From Paracoccaceae bacterium (GTDB lineage: Bacteria; Pseudomonadota; Alphaproteobacteria; Rhodobacterales; Rhodobacteraceae): a stretch of 64,000 nucleotides of DNA. The position numbers were made by a program, and so were the translations under genes. This document shows positions 59,330 through 64,000 of this stretch, in pieces; position 1 is the stretch's first letter; the number at the start of each line of letters is the position of its first letter. Where the stretch lies: contig CANIKY010000003.1 of the NCBI GenBank assembly GCA_947468085.1, forward strand, positions 1,853 through 65,852. The letters run 5' to 3'. Under the pieces are notes generated by a model that saw nothing but the letters and a program-made list of their open reading frames with translations, did not search any database and had not been told where the DNA came from.

Positions 59330-60355
59330 TCACTGGCAAGCAGCAACGTCGGGCATAGCCCCTTCGCAAGCGGCTTCTTTCGAGATGTGGCCTGCGTCAA
59401 TCGCAAGGTTCAGGGTCTCTTTGGTGATCGGTGTCGGGTTCAGAAGGATCGCGTTCATTTCCACGCCCTTTTCGCCGCCCGAGAACTTGGAAGCGCCCGG
59501 AATTGCATCCAGCGCTGCCCCATCCGCCAAAGCCGAGGCGATTTCGCCAGCGGCCTTGCCAAGATCACGTGCGTTCTTCCAGACCGAAACGGTCTGAGTG
59601 CCGCGTGCCACACGGTTGATGGCCGCCATGTCGCCGTCTTGGCCACCCAACGGAATGTTCAGGCCTTGGGCTGCCAAAGCTGCCGCAGCACCACCGGCCA
59701 TGCCGTCGTTCTGGCTTAGAACAGCGTCAACAGCGTTGTTGTTGGCGGTGAGGATCTGTTCCATGTTCTTTTGCGCATTCTCGGGCTTCCAGCCGTCCGA
59801 GTTTGCTTCGCCAACGATCACGATGTCGCCCGAGGCAACGGCCGCGCCGATGACTTCTTCCATGCCTTGACGCAGGAAGCCAACGTTCGGATCACCGGGG
59901 TCGCCCTTGATGATGGCGTAGTTGCCCTTGGGGGCGACTGCAAAAACCGATTCCGCGATGATGCGGCCGACGCCGACGTTGTCGAACGTCAGGTAGAAGG
60001 TGCGCGCGTCTTCGATCAGGCGGTCGTAGCCTACGACCGGAATGCCTTCGGCAGCGGCTTTCTCGATAGCCGGTGCAATGGCGTCTTTGTCCCAAGCGTT
60101 GATGATCAAGGCGTCAACGCCCTGTGCGATCAGCGCGTCGATGTCGGACAATTGCTTTTCAGCCGAAGATTGCGCGTCAGCCGAGACATACTCGTTGCCA
60201 GCCGCTTCAATCGCAGCCTTCATCGCGGCTTCGTCGATCTTCCAACGCTCTTCTTGGAACTGTGCCCAAGAAACGCCGATTTTTTTGCCTTCTGCATAAG
60301 CTGCAGTGGAAAGGCCGGTGGCTGCGATAACGGCAGCTAGAAGTACATTGCGCAT
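59330..60355 (-). CDS. xylF: D-xylose ABC transporter substrate-binding protein
   Basis: 'IGVSW..FQEERWK.DE', 'YDRLI', 'FDNV.VG', 'GWKPENAQ', 'NDGMAGG', 'GQDGD'. Confidence 0.93.
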   Translation of the reverse strand: MRNVLLAAVIAATGLSTAAYAEGKKIGVSWAQFQEERWKIDEAAMKAAIEAAGNEYVSADAQSSAEKQLSDIDALIAQGVDALIINAWDKDAIAPAIEKAAAEGIPVVGYDRLIEDARTFYLTFDNVGVGRIIAESVFAVAPKGNYAIIKGDPGDPNVGFLRQGMEEVIGAAVASGDIVIVGEANSDGWKPENAQKNMEQILTANNNAVDAVLSQNDGMAGGAAAALAAQGLNIPLGGQDGDMAAINRVARGTQTVSVWKNARDLGKAAGEIASALADGAALDAIPGASKFSGGEKGVEMNAILLNPTPITKETLNLAIDAGHISKEAACEGAMPDVAACQ

Positions 60356-60495
60356 GAAAATCCTCCCAATGGATGCGGCCCTGCGGTGGCCGTCCCTGCA
60401 GATTCGCGGGGATTTGGGGTTGATGCCCCCAATAAATTCAGTTGTCAAAATAAAAATGCGGTGGCAAGCTGGTAAATGCCATAAAATGCGACCTT

Positions 60496-60518
60496 AAATT
60501 GCTGCGTCGCAGCAATTT
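60496..60518. promoter_or_regulatory. Perfect palindrome AAATTGCTGCG-T-CGCAGCAATTT between divergent xylF and xylR
   Basis: 11-bp arms read directly from the sequence. Confidence 0.5.
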
Positions 60519-60567
60519 TGGGTAAGTTACAACGAGTGGAACGATATTTCGTTCGGAGTGTGAAGAA

Positions 60568-61842
60568 ATGCGGAAGGACAAGGTGGCAGGTGCCGACACG
60601 GGCCGCTTGGGCTGCGGCCCGCTGATCACGCCGTGGTCTGAACAGATGCGGCCGCTGCGCCAACAGGTGTTTGAACGGGTCCGCGCGCAAGGCTTGGTGG
60701 CGCGGGTGCAGGTGGCCAAAGATCTGGGTGTTAGCCCCGCCACGGTGACCACGCTCACCTCCGAACTGATCGAGGCAGGCTTGATTGAAGAGGTCGCCGT
60801 GCCGCGTGACGCCGACCTGGGCCGAGGCAGGCCCGCCGTGGCCTTGGGCGTGCGGGGCGCTGCCCATTATGTGGTGGGCATGAAACTGTCTGACCGCGAG
60901 CATACCGCCGTGGTTGCGGATTTTGCGGGCCATAAACTCGCCGATGACGCCATAGCTCGTGATCCGGGCCCCACTTCTGTTGCTGAAATGCTGGATGCGG
61001 TTGAGCATTTGCTGGACCGCGTCTGCGCCAAGGCGGGGATCGGGCGGGGCGATTTGTCGGGCTTGGGCATTGGCCTGCCCGGATTTGTTGATCACGATAC
61101 GGGGCTGGTTCATTGGTCGTCAACCTTGGTCGAACGCGCCGTGCCTTTTGCTGCTGCAGCCCAAGCGCGGTTGGGGCTGCCCGTCTCGATCGACAATGAT
61201 GCCAACTTGGTGGCCTTGGCCGAACTGTGGTTTGGTGCAGGCCGCAGCTTGGCCGATTTTGCGGTGGTGACGATTGAGCACGGCGTGGGCATGGGCTTTG
61301 TGATGAACCACCGCATCTACCGCGGCGCGCAAAGGTTGGGGCTGGAACTGGGCCATATCAAGGTGCAACTGGACGGCGCACTTTGTCGCTGCGGCCAGCG
61401 CGGCTGTCTTGAGGCTTATGTGGCCGATTACGCCCTTGCGCGCGAGGCAGTGACGGCTTTGAATCTGAACGCCAGCCAAAGCCTGTCGATGCCGGTTTTG
61501 CTGGAAAGCCTGTATGACCACGCCAAAGCCGGCAATGCCACCGCTCGCAGCATTTTTCGCAGGGCAGGGCGCTATCTGGCGATGGGTTTGGCCAATGTGG
61601 TCAATCTGTTTGATCCAGCACTCATCATCCTGTCGGGCGTGCGGATGCAATATGACTATCTTTATGCGGCTGAAACCTTGGCCGAGATGCAGGATCTTGT
61701 CATCAACTCTGGCAGGCCGCGCCTGCCCATCGAGATCCACGCTTGGGGCGATCTGATGTGGGCACATGGCGCGGCCGCTTTGGCCCTGTCGGCGGTGAGC
61801 GAAAAGGCATTGTCTGCCCAGCGCGAGATCGCTGCGCAGTAA
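60568..61842 (+). CDS. xylR: ROK-family transcriptional regulator (XylR)
   Basis: HTH 'ARVQVAKDLGVSPATVT', 'GRGRP', 'IDNDAN', 'GVGMG', 'ELGH', 'CRCGQRGCLE'; divergent from the xyl operon. Confidence 0.9.
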   Translation: MRKDKVAGADTGRLGCGPLITPWSEQMRPLRQQVFERVRAQGLVARVQVAKDLGVSPATVTTLTSELIEAGLIEEVAVPRDADLGRGRPAVALGVRGAAHYVVGMKLSDREHTAVVADFAGHKLADDAIARDPGPTSVAEMLDAVEHLLDRVCAKAGIGRGDLSGLGIGLPGFVDHDTGLVHWSSTLVERAVPFAAAAQARLGLPVSIDNDANLVALAELWFGAGRSLADFAVVTIEHGVGMGFVMNHRIYRGAQRLGLELGHIKVQLDGALCRCGQRGCLEAYVADYALAREAVTALNLNASQSLSMPVLLESLYDHAKAGNATARSIFRRAGRYLAMGLANVVNLFDPALIILSGVRMQYDYLYAAETLAEMQDLVINSGRPRLPIEIHAWGDLMWAHGAAALALSAVSEKALSAQREIAAQ

Positions 61843-61875
61843 GCTTTGCCCAAAGAGGCGCGTAATGGGAGGGCG

Positions 61876-62781
61876 TTAAGCCGCCACCACCTGATAGCCC
61901 GCCGCCGCCATCACGCGGTGCAGCTCTTTGTTGCCCTTGGTTGACCATTCCAGTGGCGGGGCTTTTTTGGGGTCTTGCTCAGCTTCGACCACAAACCAGC
62001 CCTCGTAGCCGTAGCTGGCAAGGCGTTTGACAATCGCCTCGAAATCCAAGGATCCATCGCCGGGCACGGTAAAGGCACCCTTGACCACGGCGTCAAGAAA
62101 GCTGTCCTTGGAACGGTCTAGCGCGTTGATCACATCCATCCGCACGTCTTTGGTATGCACATGGGTGATGCGGGCGTGGTGGGTGTCGATGGCGCGCAGC
62201 ACATCGCCGCCCGCAAAGGCCAGATGGCCCGCATCAAACAGCAAAGGGATGCCCGCGCCAGAGTGTTTCATGAACAGGTCAAGCTCGGCTTCGGTTTCAA
62301 TCACCGCCGCCATATGGTGATGATACGACAGCGGCATGCCCTGTTGCGCACACCATTCACCAAAGATCGTCATATTGCGCGCATAGGTCTTGATCTGCTC
62401 TTCATCCAGCTTGGGCTTACTGGCCAAGGGCTTAGAGCGATCCCCTTGGACCGATCGCGCCACTTCGCCGTACACAATGCACGGCGCCTTGGCCGCGATA
62501 AACAAATCCATCTGCGCGCGGATGCGGTCTTTGTTCTCTTCCAGATCACCCTCTAGCACAGTGCCCGAGAACCAACCGCCACAGACGGACATGCCATATG
62601 TCTGCAGGATCGGCCCAAGCTCGGCCATGGTCATCGGAAAGCGCCGACCGGTTTCCATGCCGGTATAGCCCGCCTGTGCGGCCTGACGCAGGCATTCTTC
62701 CAAGCTGACATCGTCAGACAGTTCGACCAGATCGTCGTTCCACCAGCAGATCGGGGAAATCCCCAGTTTGGCCTTGAGCAT
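61876..62781 (-). CDS. iolE: Myo-inosose-2 dehydratase
   Basis: 'LGISPI.WWNDD', 'YHHHM...IE', 'DAGH', 'HVHTKDVR', 'GAFTVPGDG', 'VVEAEQDP'. Confidence 0.95.
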   Translation of the reverse strand: MLKAKLGISPICWWNDDLVELSDDVSLEECLRQAAQAGYTGMETGRRFPMTMAELGPILQTYGMSVCGGWFSGTVLEGDLEENKDRIRAQMDLFIAAKAPCIVYGEVARSVQGDRSKPLASKPKLDEEQIKTYARNMTIFGEWCAQQGMPLSYHHHMAAVIETEAELDLFMKHSGAGIPLLFDAGHLAFAGGDVLRAIDTHHARITHVHTKDVRMDVINALDRSKDSFLDAVVKGAFTVPGDGSLDFEAIVKRLASYGYEGWFVVEAEQDPKKAPPLEWSTKGNKELHRVMAAAGYQVVAA

Positions 62782-62959
62782 CGCATCACCCTTTGGATTG
62801 ATTTGACTTTGGACTAGCCAATCCGCCCGCGTCGGGCAAGGGGTTTGGAATGAAAATTCCAAAAGCAGCGCGGCGTGTCACAGACATGTCACGACCAATT
62901 CCCGCTTGCGGCTTGGGCCAGCCCCCCTATGGTCGCGCTTTACCTTGCAGGAGATTCCC

Positions 62960-64000
62960 ATGGCCCGCCCGCGCCCGATTGACCAGATCATTGCCGCTGA
63001 AATTGGTGCGTCAAGCGGGCAGGTGCAGGCGGCGGTGGCATTGCTGGACGCAGGATCCACTGTGCCCTTTATCGCGCGCTATCGCAAAGAGGCAACCGGC
63101 GGCTTGGATGACACCCAGTTGCGCAATCTGGCCGAACGCTTGGTTTATTTGCGCGAATTGGCGGACAGGCGCGGGGCAATTGCCAGTTCGATTGAGGGGC
63201 AGGGCAAGATGACCGACGCGCTGGCCTTGGCTATAACGGGTGCCGTCACCAAAGCCGAGTTGGAGGATTTGTACCTACCCTATAAGCCCAAGCGCCGCTC
63301 CAAGGCGATGATCGCGCGGGAATTGGGGTTGCAAGGGTTACATGATGGGATTTTAGCCCAGCGAGGTGCTGACCCAATGGCTTTGGCTGCGGCCTATCTC
63401 ACCGATGCCGTGCCCGATGCCAAAACAGCCCTAGAGGGGGTGCGCGATATTCTGGCCGAAGGCTTGGCCGAAAGCGCCGATCTTTTGGGCCGTCTGCGCA
63501 GCCATATGAAGCAGGTGGGCCAGTTATCGGCCAAGGTCGTGGCGGGAAAAGAGGTCGAGGGGGCTAAGTTTTCAGACTATTTCAGCCATGTGGAAGCTTG
63601 GGCCACGGCCCCGTCGCACCGCGTTCTGGCCATGCTGCGCGGGCAGAATGAGGGTTTTTTGGCGTTGGATTTGGCCATTGATGCCGATGTGGCCAAGGGC
63701 GAAAGCCCGTCAGAGCGCGCCTGTGCCGCGATGCTGGGCGCGGGCGGCACGGGCTTGGGCAACGCTTGGCTGCGCGAGGCTGCGGCATGGGCGTGGCGCA
63801 TCAAACTGCGCACCAGCCTGACGCTGGATCTGATGGGCGAGATTCGCGCGCGCGCTGAAGCCGAAGCCATCCGCGTTTTTGCGCGCAACATGAAAGACCT
63901 GCTTTTGGCGGCGCCAGCCGGGGGTAAGGCCACGATGGGCCTTGATCCGGGCATTCGCACGGGTGTGAAGGTCGCGGTGATTGATGGTACGGGCAAGGTC
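62960..64000 (+). CDS. tex: Tex family RNA-binding transcriptional accessory protein (3' end outside window)
   Basis: Translation from ATG 62960: 'QVQAAVALLDAGSTVPFIARYRKEATGGLDDTQLR', 'LEDLYLPYKPKRR', 'MGLDPGIRTGVKVA'. Confidence 0.96.
   Translation, partial: MARPRPIDQIIAAEIGASSGQVQAAVALLDAGSTVPFIARYRKEATGGLDDTQLRNLAERLVYLRELADRRGAIASSIEGQGKMTDALALAITGAVTKAELEDLYLPYKPKRRSKAMIARELGLQGLHDGILAQRGADPMALAAAYLTDAVPDAKTALEGVRDILAEGLAESADLLGRLRSHMKQVGQLSAKVVAGKEVEGAKFSDYFSHVEAWATAPSHRVLAMLRGQNEGFLALDLAIDADVAKGESPSERACAAMLGAGGTGLGNAWLREAAAWAWRIKLRTSLTLDLMGEIRARAEAEAIRVFARNMKDLLLAAPAGGKATMGLDPGIRTGVKVAVIDGTGKV

Noticed and set aside
1-64000. tRNA, rRNA, tmRNA or integrase marking island boundaries
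   Set aside because: No T-loop/cloverleaf pattern, rRNA signature or recombinase ORF recognised by eye; tRNAscan-SE or Infernal would be needed to exclude them formally.

Overview
Alphaproteobacterial chromosomal window, most likely Rhodobacteraceae, with a high-GC core. From left to right: (i) an organophosphate-scavenging cluster (GDPD fragment, EEP hydrolase, PHP hydrolase, PotABCD-like ABC transporter) preceded by a five-repeat Pho-box-like array; (ii) an AT-richer GT2-FkbM-GT2 fusion gene and glpD-glpK; (iii) a decayed mosaic containing a dpp deletion scar, yaeQ, two IS5 remnants, a SAM methyltransferase with a duplicated fragment, and a truncated sugar-binding protein; (iv) an AT-richer type I secretion island with a 1755-aa acidic RTX/S-layer-like protein, two small DUF6447-like genes, TolC, ABC and HlyD; (v) the distal dcw cluster (ftsW-murG-murC-[orphan]-murB-ddl-ftsQAZ-lpxC-bamD-recN); (vi) split methionine-synthase/Bmt genes, a LexA-boxed radical SAM gene, the ATP synthase zeta subunit, an intact but active-site-degenerate PurC, and purS; (vii) a Tat-exported vanadium haloperoxidase with a CRTAC1/ASPIC-UnbV partner downstream of a xylose operon, then iolE and a partial tex. 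I saw no tRNA, rRNA or CRISPR array. All family calls come from motif recognition by eye; no database searches were run. Best leads: the degenerate PurC, the VHPO-CRTAC1 pair, the Pho-regulated PHP/EEP/GDPD transporter module, and the T1SS with its DUF6447-like pair.
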